Positions 47,587-57,307 of a DNA stretch of 64,000 nt are shown one piece after another (the stretch's first letter is position 1; every line of letters begins with the position of its first letter). The notes below the pieces were generated by a model, which saw only the letters and a list, made by a program, of their open reading frames with translations, did not search any database and was not told where the DNA came from. This stretch comes from Candidatus Latescibacterota bacterium (GTDB lineage: Bacteria; Latescibacterota; UBA2968; UBA8231): positions 1 to 64,000 of the forward strand of contig CBDCDC010000001.1 in assembly GCA_965215195.1 (NCBI GenBank), given 5' to 3'. A program made the position numbers and the translations under genes.

Positions 47587-48639
47587 ATGGCCGAAAAGAC
47601 GATCGGCATATTGACCGGAGGCGGCGACTGTCCGGGCCTCAACGCCGTCATTCGCGCTGTGGTGCGCAAGGGCATTACTGCATACCACTACCGCTTTCGC
47701 GGCATTCTCAAGGGCTGGAAAGGAATGATGGAGTGCGACTGGGAGCCTTTGGGTCTGGAGGAGATTTCCGGCATCTTGCCCAAGGGCGGCACCATCCTCG
47801 GCACGTCGCGCACCAACCCGTTCAAAGAGGAAGACGGCGGCGAAATCGTCGTCGATAACATGCGGCGGATGAAGTTGGGTGCGCTCGTGGCCATCGGCGG
47901 TGAGGACACGCTAGGAGTGGCCAACAAGTTGGCGAGCATGGGCGTGCCGGTCGTGGGCGTGCCCAAGACCATTGACAACGATCTGAACGGCACGGACTAC
48001 ACCTTTGGCTTTGACACGGCGGTCAATATCGTCACCGAGGCTATCGACCGAATTCACACCACGGCCGAATCCCACAATCGAGTGATGGTCATCGAGGTCA
48101 TGGGGCGGCACAGCGGTTGGATCGCCCTCTACGCCGGCTTGGCCGGTGGCGCGGATATGATCCTCATTCCCGAGCAGAAATACACCATCGCGGAAGTCGT
48201 CAACACCATCCGCAAGCGGCACGAGCGCGGCAAGGACTTTTCGATTGTAGTAGTGGCCGAGGGGGCGCAACTGATTTCTGCGGAAGGCGGGGCGGAAGAA
48301 TACGTGGTCTCCAAGGGGGGACTCGACGAGTTCGGCCACGTCAAGCTGGGCGGTATCGGCCAACTCGTCGCCAACGCGGTCGAGGAGGCCACGAGCTACG
48401 AGACGCGGGTTACGGTGCTGGGGCACTTGCAGCGCGGGGGGACGCCCACGGCCTTTGACCGCGTCTTGGGTACGCGCTTTGGCATTGCCGCCATCGACTT
48501 GGTGCATGCCGGCGACTTCGGCAAGATGGTGAGTCTGCAAGGCAATGAAATCGTGGCGATCCCGCTCGCCGAGGCGGTCAATCAGCTCAAGGTCGTTGAC
48601 CAAGAGCTATACGACCTAGCCACGGTATTTTTCGGTTAA
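47587..48639 (+). CDS. pfkA: 6-phosphofructokinase, PfkA family, probably PPi-dependent
   Basis: TGGGDCPGLN, GGEDT, PKTIDND, EVMGRHSGW, LGHLQRGG; AAGGAG SD. Confidence 0.93.
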   Translation: MAEKTIGILTGGGDCPGLNAVIRAVVRKGITAYHYRFRGILKGWKGMMECDWEPLGLEEISGILPKGGTILGTSRTNPFKEEDGGEIVVDNMRRMKLGALVAIGGEDTLGVANKLASMGVPVVGVPKTIDNDLNGTDYTFGFDTAVNIVTEAIDRIHTTAESHNRVMVIEVMGRHSGWIALYAGLAGGADMILIPEQKYTIAEVVNTIRKRHERGKDFSIVVVAEGAQLISAEGGAEEYVVSKGGLDEFGHVKLGGIGQLVANAVEEATSYETRVTVLGHLQRGGTPTAFDRVLGTRFGIAAIDLVHAGDFGKMVSLQGNEIVAIPLAEAVNQLKVVDQELYDLATVFFG

Positions 48640-48643
48640 TTTT

Positions 48644-49846
48644 ATGGCCAAGCGCACCATTAGGGAGCTCGATGTCGCTGGCAAGCGAGTGCTCGTGCGA
48701 GTGGATTTCAACGTGCCGCTCAACGAGACCGGCCGGATCGTCGACGACACGCGGATTCGCGCAGCCCTGCCAACGGTTGAGCACTTATTGGCGCAGGGTG
48801 CGTCCGCAATTTTGATGTCGCACTTGGGCCGCCCCCGCGGCCGACGAGTACCCGCGCTATCGCTGGCCCCGGTAGCCGAGCACTTGAGCGAGTTGTTGGG
48901 ACGCGCAGTGGGCATGGCTCCAGACTGCGTGGGGGCCGAGGTCGCGGCCCAAGCCGCTGCCTTGCAGCCGGGGCAGGTCCTGCTCTTAGAGAACGTGCGC
49001 TTCCACCCGGAAGAGGAGCAAAACGAGCGGACTTTTGCGCAGCACTTGGCCGCGTTGGGCGATGCGTACGTCAACGACGCCTTTGGGGCGGCGCACCGAG
49101 CCCACGCTTCGACCGAGGGGGTGCCGCGCTGGATGGGGACGGGAGTCAGCGGCCTGTTGCTGGAGCGGGAAATTGCCTATCTCGACGAGGCCCTGCGCCG
49201 TCCGCAGCGGCCCTTTATCGCGGTTTTGGGCGGGGCCAAGATCTCGGGCAAGATCGAGCTGATTGAGCACTTGCTCAGCCGGGTGGATGCCCTGCTCATC
49301 GGCGGCGGTATGGCCTATACCTTTTTCAAGGCCATGGGGCTGGAGATCGGGGATTCGCTGCTCGAAGAGGACCGCCTAGATACGGCCCGGCAGCTATTGA
49401 CCCAAGTCGCAAATGGGGGATTGGATCTCCAGCTTCCCGCGGATTGCGTAGTCGCCGACCGCTTTGCCGCCAACGCCGAGGCGCAAGTGGTCGCCCGCGA
49501 CGCCATACCCCGCGGTTGGCAGGGCATGGACATCGGCCCTCAGACCCGGCAGTGCTACGCCGACCAGATCGCCCGGGGAGGCACCATTGTGTGGAACGGC
49601 CCTCTCGGAGTGTGCGAGATGGTGCCTTTTGCCGAGGGGACCCAACAGGTCGCCCAAGCCCTAGCGGCCGCCACCCGCGAGGGTGCCTTGAGCATTATTG
49701 GCGGCGGGGACACGGCCGCGGCTGTAGTCCAAGCTGGCTTGGCCCCAGCGATGACCCACATCTCCACTGGGGGTGGGGCTTCGCTAGAGTGCATGAGCGG
49801 GCGGGTTTTGCCCGGGGTGGCGGCCTTGGACGACGAGGAAATCTGA
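48644..49846 (+). CDS. pgk: Phosphoglycerate kinase
   Basis: RVDFNVP, SHLGRP, LENVRF, NDAFGAAHRAHAS, STGGGASLE. Confidence 0.97.
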   Translation: MAKRTIRELDVAGKRVLVRVDFNVPLNETGRIVDDTRIRAALPTVEHLLAQGASAILMSHLGRPRGRRVPALSLAPVAEHLSELLGRAVGMAPDCVGAEVAAQAAALQPGQVLLLENVRFHPEEEQNERTFAQHLAALGDAYVNDAFGAAHRAHASTEGVPRWMGTGVSGLLLEREIAYLDEALRRPQRPFIAVLGGAKISGKIELIEHLLSRVDALLIGGGMAYTFFKAMGLEIGDSLLEEDRLDTARQLLTQVANGGLDLQLPADCVVADRFAANAEAQVVARDAIPRGWQGMDIGPQTRQCYADQIARGGTIVWNGPLGVCEMVPFAEGTQQVAQALAAATREGALSIIGGGDTAAAVVQAGLAPAMTHISTGGGASLECMSGRVLPGVAALDDEEI

Positions 49847-49847
49847 G

Positions 49848-50600
49848 ATGCGCCGAGCCATTGTCGCTGGCAACTGGAAGATGCACAAGACCGCTGCTGA
49901 GGCCGTTGAGCTGGTCGCAGGGATCAAGCCGCTCGTCGCCGGGCTCGACGCAGAAGTAGTAGTCTGCCCGCCCTTCACTTGCCTAGAAGCCGTGCGCTTG
50001 GCCCTTGCCGACAGCGCCATTGGGCTGGGGGCCCAGAACATGCACTGGGAGCGGCAAGGAGCTTTCACCGGAGAAATATCCTCGGACATGCTCTTGGCGG
50101 CTGGTTGCTCTTATGTGCTGCTAGGGCACTCCGAGAGAAGACAGTTCTGCGGCGAAGACGACTCGCTGGTCAACCGCAAGCTAGCCTGCGCCCTCCAAGC
50201 CGGACTTTGCCCGATCATCTGCGTCGGCGAGACCCTGCAAGAGCGCGAAGCCGGCCGAATTGAGGAGGTCGTCCTCGGCCAAGTGGGCGGTGCCCTAGCC
50301 GGGATTGAGGCGAGCGCAGCCAGCGCGGTACTGTGGGCGTACGAGCCGGTTTGGGCGATTGGCACCGGCGCGACCGCAACGGCCGCGCAAGCCGAAGAGG
50401 TACATGCGATGATCCGCCACTTTCTCGCTCGGCACTTGGGAAAAGCAGCCGCTGACGAGGTGCGCATCCAGTACGGCGGCAGCGTCAAGCCCGCAAACGC
50501 AGCCGAGCTCTTTGCCCAAGACAACATTGACGGAGGCTTGATCGGCGGTGCCGCGCTGGATGCTGGGCATTTCGCCGCTATTGTGAAGGCCGCCCTTTAA
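49848..50600 (+). CDS. tpiA: Triosephosphate isomerase
   Basis: AGNWKM, GHSERR, AYEPVWAIGTG, YGGSV. Confidence 0.97.
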   Translation: MRRAIVAGNWKMHKTAAEAVELVAGIKPLVAGLDAEVVVCPPFTCLEAVRLALADSAIGLGAQNMHWERQGAFTGEISSDMLLAAGCSYVLLGHSERRQFCGEDDSLVNRKLACALQAGLCPIICVGETLQEREAGRIEEVVLGQVGGALAGIEASAASAVLWAYEPVWAIGTGATATAAQAEEVHAMIRHFLARHLGKAAADEVRIQYGGSVKPANAAELFAQDNIDGGLIGGAALDAGHFAAIVKAAL

Positions 50601-50675
50601 CCTTAAATTTACTTTAATTGTGAATTGGGGGCGGCGAAATTCCCAATTCCTAGACTCGGAAGCTATCACAAGACT

Positions 50676-51059
50676 ATGTTTGAGATTCTATTTACGATTT
50701 TTCACGTGCTGATTTGCTTGCTCCTAGTCGTGACCGTGCTCTTGCAGGCGGGCAAGGGGGGCGGCTTGGCCGGATCGATCGGCGGCGGTTTAGCCTCTTC
50801 TTCGGTATTGGGCGGCCGCACCGCAGCCACGTTTCTGACCAAGGCCACGACCGTTTTGGCCACGGCCTTTATGCTTAGCTGTTTGGTGCAGTCGGTGGCC
50901 TTTCAGACGGCCGAGACCACCCCGACGACGGCAACGCAACGGACGATGACCGAGCAACAGGTGCCCGCGGTGCCCGCCATTCCGGAAGCAGAGCACCTGC
51001 TGGGCGAGAAGGAAGAGTCGGCCGAGGCCAGTGAGGAGCCGCCAGCCGAGGCTCCATAG
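50676..51059 (+). CDS. secG: Preprotein translocase subunit SecG
   Basis: VLLQAGKGGGL..GG, FLTKAT; conserved tpiA-secG-tRNA-Leu synteny. Confidence 0.93.
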   Translation: MFEILFTIFHVLICLLLVVTVLLQAGKGGGLAGSIGGGLASSSVLGGRTAATFLTKATTVLATAFMLSCLVQSVAFQTAETTPTTATQRTMTEQQVPAVPAIPEAEHLLGEKEESAEASEEPPAEAP

Positions 51060-51079
51060 CCGGCCAGCCTAGTTTTTGT

Positions 51080-51164
51080 GCCGAAGTGGTGAAATTGGTA
51101 GACACGCTGTCTTGAGGGGGCAGTGCCTTCGGGCGTCGGGGTTCGAATCCCCGCTTCGGCACCA
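51080..51164 (+). tRNA. tRNA-Leu (GAG)
   Basis: GCCGAAGTGGTGAAATTGGTAGACACGCTGTCTTGAGGGGGCAGTG...GGTTCGAATCCCCGCTTCGGCACCA; long variable arm. Confidence 0.96.
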
Positions 51165-51177
51165 TAATGTAGTTGGC

Positions 51178-51213
51178 AAAGGGACTGTATAAGCGCACAG
51201 TCCCTTATTTTTA
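51178..51213 (+). terminator. Intrinsic terminator after tRNA-Leu
   Basis: AAGGGACTGT-loop-ACAGTCCCTT followed by ATTTTT. Confidence 0.75.
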
Positions 51214-51226
51214 TGCGACGCGGTCG

Positions 51227-51475
51227 CTAGCGGAGTGGAATGGCCTCGTCGAGGAGCAGGATGGGGATTTCGTCTTGGATCGGATAGAGGTACGCGCCAT
51301 CTGCGCGCACTAGGCCACCGTCGAGTTTACCTTCTACGGTTTTGCCGGCCCGATTTTTGACTTCCCCGCGCACAATGCGGCTGTTGAGCGCGGCGATGAG
51401 TTCTTCCTCGGCGAGTGCCACTGGCTCTTTGGTCTCGGGGCAGGCGAGAATCGCCAGCAGTTCTTCGTCAATCAT
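51227..51475 (-). CDS. Trm112/YcaR-family small protein
   Basis: LLAILACPETKEP...YPIQDEIPILLLDEAI. Confidence 0.88.
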   Translation of the reverse strand: MIDEELLAILACPETKEPVALAEEELIAALNSRIVRGEVKNRAGKTVEGKLDGGLVRADGAYLYPIQDEIPILLLDEAIPLR

Positions 51476-51648
51476 CAGATATATCTCCTCGGCAAAAAAT
51501 TAAAGATAGACAGGTCTGTTTCCAGCGACAAGTGCGCGGCGCGGGCGGGGTCCGGCTCGTGCTGACAACGGCGCATAACAATTTTCTTTTGATTATAAAT
51601 ATAACAATAATAACATGTTATAAAAAAAACAATCCCTTCTGTCGGCCA

Positions 51649-51677
51649 TTGACAGCCCTTTTTGGATTGGCTATGTT
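51649..51677 (+). promoter_or_regulatory. Sigma70-type promoter of dnaE
   Basis: TTGACA-17 nt-TATGTT with AT-rich upstream tract. Confidence 0.65.
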
Positions 51678-51776
51678 TCACCCGAGGCGATGCCCTTCCC
51701 CAAGGCAGTTGGCTAGTTGTTCGGCCGTGCTCTCTTAGTGTTCATTGGTTTTTTCTAGCGCATACAGGTAGCGGAG

Positions 51777-54700
51777 GTGGTCATGGCTTCGGCTGATTTT
51801 GTCCATTTACACGGTCACAGCGAGTACAGTCTGCTCGATGGAGGGTGCCATATCGGCGAGATGGCCGGCTTGGCCGCAGAGCACAAAATGCCGGCCTTGG
51901 CCCTCACCGACCACGGCAACCTCTTTGGTGCCATCGGGCACTATCAGGCCTGCCAAGACGCCGGCATCAAGCCGATCATTGGCTGTGAAGTATATGTCGC
52001 GATCGAAAGCCGCCATCGGCGCCAAGCCGCCCGCGGCCTGACCCACGGATCGAACCACTTGGTCCTGCTGGCCAAAAACGACACCGGATACCGAAACCTG
52101 ACCAAATTAGTCTCCAAGGGGTATCTGGAGGGCTACTACTACAACCCCCGCATCGACAAAGAGCTTCTGCGCCAACACGCCGACGGCCTGCTGTGCCTGT
52201 CGGCCTGTGTCAGCGGCGAAGTCGCCCATCTCATTCAGCGCGAGGGCGTATCCTCGGCAGAAAAAGCCGCCCGCGAGTACATGGACATCTTCGGCGACGA
52301 CTACTATCTGGAGATCCAGCGCCACGCCAACGACGGCAGAGCAAAGACCAACGACAACCTCCCGAAAATCGAAGCAAAGGTCAACGACGGCCTCCTGAAG
52401 CTAGAAAAAAAGCTGGGCCTGCCCCTAGTCGCCACCAACGACTTCCACTTCCTGCGCGCCGAAGACCACGCAGCCCACGCAGCCTTGGTCTGCATCCAGA
52501 CCAACAAGCAAATCACCGACGCCAACCGCATGTGCTATCCCGACGGCCTGTACATGAAAACGCCCGAGGAAATGTACAAACTGTTCGGCGATATGCCCCA
52601 CGCCTTGGAAAACACCCTCGAAATCGCCGAAAAATGCGACGTGCAGTTCAAATTCGGCGACTTCAAACTGCCTACTTTTCCCAAGCCCGAGGAGTTTGAC
52701 GACGACGGCCAATATCTCACCTACCTCGCCAACGAAGGGCTCAAACGGCGCTATGACCACATCGACGATACGTTACAAGAGCGCCTCAACTACGAACTAA
52801 ACGTCATCATCGAGATGGGGTACGCCGGTTACTTCCTCATCGTGTGGGATTACGTCCACTTCGCCCGCAACAACGGCATTGCCGTGGGCCCGGGCCGCGG
52901 CTCAACTGCCGGCTGTTTGGTGGCATACTCCTTGGGCATTACCAATACCGATCCCATCAAGTACAATCTGCTCTTCGAGCGCTTTCTCAACCCCGAGCGG
53001 GCCGCCATGCCCGATATCGACATCGACTTTGCCGACACCGGTCGCGACCAGATCATCCGCTACGTCATCGACAAGTACGGCGAGCACAACGTCTCCCAAG
53101 TTATCACTTTTGCCACCATGGGGGCCAAGGCCGTCATCCGCGATGTGGGCCGCGTTTTGGGCATGGATTTTGGCGAAGTGGACCGCATTGCCAAACTGGT
53201 GCCCAACGAACTCAAGATCTCCCTCGACAAAGCCCTCGACAAAGTCCCCGAACTCGAGCAGATGGCCGCAGCGCCGGACGAAAAAGGCCGGCTCATCGCC
53301 CACGCCCGCAAACTCGAAGGGCTCGCCCGCCACGCCTCGGTGCATGCGGCCGCGGTCATCGTAGCTCCCTCGGACCTGACCGACTTCGTCCCCCTGTACA
53401 AATCCCCCAAAGACGGCCGGATCTCCACCCAGTTCGACGGCGAAACTTGCGACGCGCTGGGCCTGCTCAAAATGGACTTTTTAGGGCTCAAGGAACTCTC
53501 CCTAATGGACGAGGCCGTCCGCCTCATCCGCCTCCGCCTCTCCGACTTCGACTTGGAGAAAATTCCTTGGGATGACCGCGCCACTTTCGACCTGTTCGGC
53601 CGCGGCGAGACCATTGGCGTGTTCCAGTTTGAAAGCAGCGGCATGCGCGAGTACTTGAGCCAACTCGAGCCCGACAATATCGAGGACATCATCGCCATGA
53701 ACGCCCTGTACCGGCCAGGCCCCATGGATATGATCCCGCGCTATATCGCCCGCAAGCACGGCGCGGAACCCGTGGCTTACGACCATCCCGCGCTAGAGCC
53801 GATTCTCGCCGATACCTTCGGGGTACTGGTTTACCAAGAGCAGGTCATGCAGGTAGCCCAGGCCTTGGCCGGTCTGTCGCTGGGTGAGGCTTATATAATG
53901 ATCAAGGCCATCGGCAAGAAAAAGCCCGAAGAGATGGCCAAAATGAAAAAGGCCTTCATTGACGGGTGCCGGGCCAATGGGGTGGATCGCAAAACTGCGG
54001 ACAAGGTTTTTGCCGCGGTCGAAGTATTCTCGGGCTACGGCTTCAATCGCTCGCATTCGGCTCCTTATTCGGAAGTCGCCTACAAGAACGCCTATCTCAA
54101 GGCCAACTATCCCAAGGAGTACATGGCGGCCTCCCTGACCATCGCGCGCAACAACACCGATACGCTCACCGTGCTTTTGGATGAGTGTCGCCGTATGGAA
54201 ATCCCGGTCCTACCGCCCGATGCCAACGAGAGTACGCTCAACTTTACGCCCACCGATGGGGGCGTTCGCTACGGCCTAGCGGCGATCAAAAACGTCGGCG
54301 AGGGTGCGGCGCAGAGCATGGTCGATACGCGGATTGCAGACGGTTCTTTTACCACCCTCTTCGAATTCTGCGAGCGCATTGACCTGCGCGCAGTCAACCG
54401 GCGCGTGGTCGAGAGTCTGATTGCCGCTGGAGCATTGGACAGCCTTGAAGGCCATCGCGCCCAAAAAATGGAAGCCCTTGAATTGGCTTTCAAGGCCGCG
54501 AGCAAGGCCCAAGAAGACCGCGAAAAGGGGCAGATCAGCCTCTTCGACAGCGGCGGCTCGTCCGAGCTGGTGGTTCAGGATTTGCCCGAGGTTGAGGAGT
54601 GGTCCGAGCGCGAGAAGCTGGCCAAGGAGCGCGACCTATTGGGCTTCTATCTCTCCAGCCATCCGCTCAAGTCCTACGCCCGCGACCTGAAAAACTTTGC

Positions 54701-55271
54701 TCGGCCCCTAAGCGAGATAGAGGGTCAGCGCAACGGTGCGCCGCTGCGAGTCGGCGGCCTAGTCGAGGAGGTGCGCAAGCTCTTCGACCGCCGCGGCAAT
54801 CCCTTTGCCTTTGTCACGCTCAAAGACCTCAACGCCACGGGCGATATCGCGTTTTTCGCCGAAGCCTTCGCCAACCACCAACAGCTACTCGTAGAAGGCG
54901 AAACCATCCTCGTAGAGGGCCGCGTCTGCGAACGCAACGGACGCCTGAGTTTACAGGCCGACCGCGCCCTACCCCTCAAATCGGCGCGAGCGGAACTGAC
55001 CAAGTCCGTCACCTTGTCGCTGTCCTACCAGAAGGTGGGCGACCCCCTTCTCAGTCGGCTGCGCCACCTCTGCGAGCGCCACATGGGCGATTGCGAGCTG
55101 TGGCTCCAGCTCAAAAACGGCGACGAGCAGGACAAGATGGTGCGCTCGAAGACGATTCGCGTGGATCCCTGCGATGATTTGCTGCGCGGCATTGAGGAAT
55201 TGATTGGCCCCCGATCCACCCGGCTGACGCCCAAGGTGCAAGCGCCCGTGGGCTTCCGCCATTCCAGTTGA
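51777..55271 (+). CDS. dnaE: DNA polymerase III alpha subunit
   Basis: PHP domain HLHGHSEYSLLDG/TDHGN; GPGRGS; MPDIDIDF; LLKMDFLGL; GVFQFES; C-terminal OB fold. Confidence 0.97.
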   Translation: MVMASADFVHLHGHSEYSLLDGGCHIGEMAGLAAEHKMPALALTDHGNLFGAIGHYQACQDAGIKPIIGCEVYVAIESRHRRQAARGLTHGSNHLVLLAKNDTGYRNLTKLVSKGYLEGYYYNPRIDKELLRQHADGLLCLSACVSGEVAHLIQREGVSSAEKAAREYMDIFGDDYYLEIQRHANDGRAKTNDNLPKIEAKVNDGLLKLEKKLGLPLVATNDFHFLRAEDHAAHAALVCIQTNKQITDANRMCYPDGLYMKTPEEMYKLFGDMPHALENTLEIAEKCDVQFKFGDFKLPTFPKPEEFDDDGQYLTYLANEGLKRRYDHIDDTLQERLNYELNVIIEMGYAGYFLIVWDYVHFARNNGIAVGPGRGSTAGCLVAYSLGITNTDPIKYNLLFERFLNPERAAMPDIDIDFADTGRDQIIRYVIDKYGEHNVSQVITFATMGAKAVIRDVGRVLGMDFGEVDRIAKLVPNELKISLDKALDKVPELEQMAAAPDEKGRLIAHARKLEGLARHASVHAAAVIVAPSDLTDFVPLYKSPKDGRISTQFDGETCDALGLLKMDFLGLKELSLMDEAVRLIRLRLSDFDLEKIPWDDRATFDLFGRGETIGVFQFESSGMREYLSQLEPDNIEDIIAMNALYRPGPMDMIPRYIARKHGAEPVAYDHPALEPILADTFGVLVYQEQVMQVAQALAGLSLGEAYIMIKAIGKKKPEEMAKMKKAFIDGCRANGVDRKTADKVFAAVEVFSGYGFNRSHSAPYSEVAYKNAYLKANYPKEYMAASLTIARNNTDTLTVLLDECRRMEIPVLPPDANESTLNFTPTDGGVRYGLAAIKNVGEGAAQSMVDTRIADGSFTTLFEFCERIDLRAVNRRVVESLIAAGALDSLEGHRAQKMEALELAFKAASKAQEDREKGQISLFDSGGSSELVVQDLPEVEEWSEREKLAKERDLLGFYLSSHPLKSYARDLKNFARPLSEIEGQRNGAPLRVGGLVEEVRKLFDRRGNPFAFVTLKDLNATGDIAFFAEAFANHQQLLVEGETILVEGRVCERNGRLSLQADRALPLKSARAELTKSVTLSLSYQKVGDPLLSRLRHLCERHMGDCELWLQLKNGDEQDKMVRSKTIRVDPCDDLLRGIEELIGPRSTRLTPKVQAPVGFRHSS

Positions 55272-55284
55272 ATACAGGACGACT

Positions 55285-55842
55285 ATGTGCGCAATGGCGA
55301 TCAAAGGGCTTGTGAGCGGGTTGGCACTCCTAGCGCTGGGCTGTGGTTCCCCCGAGCCGCAAGGGGACAAGCTCTTCCCCCCGCAGTCTGTTCAGTGGAC
55401 GGACTATCAGGGCCAGAGCGTGGATTTGCGCGATTACGAGGGCAAGGTCGTCCTGATCAACTTCTGGGCTACTTGGTGCGGCCCGTGCCGCTACGAGATT
55501 CCAGCCTTGGTCGAGATGAGCAATGAGTACGACCCCGAGCAAGTGGCGATCATTGGCATTTCCCTAGATCAAGGCCCCACCGAGCGCGTCCTGCCCCTAA
55601 TAGGCGAGTTCGTCGAGCGCTTGGCCATCAACTACCCGGTGGTTCACGACAGTCAACAGGAGCTGCTCCGCGCCTTCTACAAAAAAAATTTGGCGAGAGT
55701 AGGCGTACCGCTCACCGTTGTTTTTGATCGCGCAGGCCGCGTGTACAAGACGCACGTAGGCGTACCGCGCGATAGGAGCGGCCGGCTCAATCCCCGCGGA
55801 GTATTCGGCGAGGATATCGAGACCCTGTTGGCCCGCTCGTAG
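55285..55842 (+). CDS. TlpA-family thiol-disulfide oxidoreductase, probable lipoprotein
   Basis: NFWATWCGPCRYEIP; lipobox-like LALGC. Confidence 0.9.
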   Translation: MCAMAIKGLVSGLALLALGCGSPEPQGDKLFPPQSVQWTDYQGQSVDLRDYEGKVVLINFWATWCGPCRYEIPALVEMSNEYDPEQVAIIGISLDQGPTERVLPLIGEFVERLAINYPVVHDSQQELLRAFYKKNLARVGVPLTVVFDRAGRVYKTHVGVPRDRSGRLNPRGVFGEDIETLLARS

Positions 55843-55856
55843 GGCGTCGGCACATA

Positions 55857-55899
55857 GCAAAAGAAGGGATGGTCCGCAGTGGGACCATCCCTTCTTTGC
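55857..55899. terminator. Bidirectional intrinsic terminator
   Basis: AAAGAAGGGATGGTCC-loop-GGACCATCCCTTCTTT between convergent genes. Confidence 0.85.
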
Positions 55900-55921
55900 A
55901 TATAGGCGATTGCGCGTTGCC

Positions 55922-56215
55922 CTAGTGGTTTGAGTAGTGCTCCTCTAAGACTTGCTCGCCGTGGCGCTGGACCAGCACTTCTTTGAACTTGGCGATGGAG
56001 TCGCCGGCGCGCAGGTGCTTGAGCATCTCGCTTTTGGACATGACCATCAGCGTACCGCTCTTGTAGTCGGGGAAGCGACAAAAGCTGTATTCGATTGGCT
56101 CGCCAGTGACGCAGCAGGTGTCTTCCATTTCTAGCTCAACTTGCGTACCGGGGTCAAACGAAAATTCAGCGTTGTCGTCGTCGCTGTTGGACTGGATTTT
56201 TTTCGGCCGTGCCAT
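55922..56215 (-). CDS. Hypothetical 97-aa protein with a CC-x10-C motif
   Basis: GAGGAG SD, host-like codon usage, downstream terminator. Confidence 0.7.
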   Translation of the reverse strand: MARPKKIQSNSDDDNAEFSFDPGTQVELEMEDTCCVTGEPIEYSFCRFPDYKSGTLMVMSKSEMLKHLRAGDSIAKFKEVLVQRHGEQVLEEHYSNH

Positions 56216-56272
56216 GTTGTTCTCCTCGTGAGATGAACTGAAAAAATAAGAAAATGCCGCCGCTGAGCAAGC

Positions 56273-57034
56273 TCAGTACGGCAGATCGGCAAAGCGCGAC
56301 AGCACGTCCGGCCCGTTGTGGGTGACGGCCACGGTGTGCTCGTATTGAGCCGAGAGTTTGCCGTCGGCTGTGACAGCCGTCCAGTCGTCGTCGAGCACGC
56401 GCGTGTCGTGCTCGCCCTCGTTGACCATCGGCTCAATGGTAAATACCATGCCGCTTTGCAGGCGGCGGCCCGTGCCGGCCTTGCCGTAGTGGAGCAACTG
56501 GGGTTCCTCGTGGAAGTTGCGGCCAATGCCGTGGCCGCAGTACGCACGCACGATGGAAAAGCCGTGCGCTTCGACGTAGCTTTGGATGGCGTGGCCAATG
56601 TCGCCGAGGCGTTGCCCGGGCGCACAGGCGGCCAATCCCGCCTCCAAGCTCTGGCGCGTGGCGTCGAGCAGGCGCTGGGCCTTAGGGGTCACGCAGCCGA
56701 CTTTCATGGTGACGTTCATGTCGCCGTGGAAGCCATCCTTTTTAACGGCAATGTCAACGGCGAGGATGTCTCCCTCCTGCAGGACGCGGTCTCCGGGGAT
56801 GCCGTGGACGACTTCGTCGTTGACCGAGATGCAGATGCTGCGGGGAAAGCCGCGGTAGCCCAAGGCACTGGCGACCGCCCCTTGGCTGCGGATGTAGCGG
56901 TCGGCTATTTGATCGAGGTGGAGGGTAGTGACTCCGGGCGCGAGGGCCTCTTCGACGCGGAGCATGGCTTCGGCGGCGATGCGGCAACTGGCGCGGATGC
57001 GGTCGATTTCCAAGGCAGATTTGAGATGTATCAT
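56273..57034 (-). CDS. map: Type I methionine aminopeptidase
   Basis: CISVNDEVVHGIP, DGFHGD, GHGIG..FHEEP, FTIEPM, SAQYEHT. Confidence 0.97.
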   Translation of the reverse strand: MIHLKSALEIDRIRASCRIAAEAMLRVEEALAPGVTTLHLDQIADRYIRSQGAVASALGYRGFPRSICISVNDEVVHGIPGDRVLQEGDILAVDIAVKKDGFHGDMNVTMKVGCVTPKAQRLLDATRQSLEAGLAACAPGQRLGDIGHAIQSYVEAHGFSIVRAYCGHGIGRNFHEEPQLLHYGKAGTGRRLQSGMVFTIEPMVNEGEHDTRVLDDDWTAVTADGKLSAQYEHTVAVTHNGPDVLSRFADLPY

Positions 57035-57134
57035 AGGGATTAAAAATCGGGCATTGAGCGGAAAAATGTCAAGCTCTTATACATTAGAAGCTGTCTGCTT
57101 CACCGCGCCTTTAGGCGTGACAAACCCTCGGAGA

Positions 57135-57235
57135 GACCGCGTTGAGCCGCGGTCGGAGGCCCTCGGGGGGAGCGTTTTTCGCGGTCGAGAGGCCCTCGGG
57201 GGAGCATTTTTCGAGGGCGAGATGCCCTCGCTCCT
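57135..57235. repeat. Cluster of REP-like palindromes and 32-bp tandem units in the map-GT2 intergenic region
   Basis: Two 32-bp units (57149-57180, 57181-57212) GCGGTCG(A)GAGGCCCTCGGGGG(G)AGCRTTTTTC, then CGAGGGCGAGATGCCCTCG (57212-57230). Confidence 0.75.
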
Positions 57236-57307
57236 AGCGCGTTTTCTCACACGAGGGACGGTCGCGGAATTTCAGACAGCTTCTAAAAACGCAACTAGCT
57301 AACGACC

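Noticed and set aside
57149-57230. Mini CRISPR array
   Set aside because: The 32-bp units are directly adjacent with no spacers; REP-like instead.
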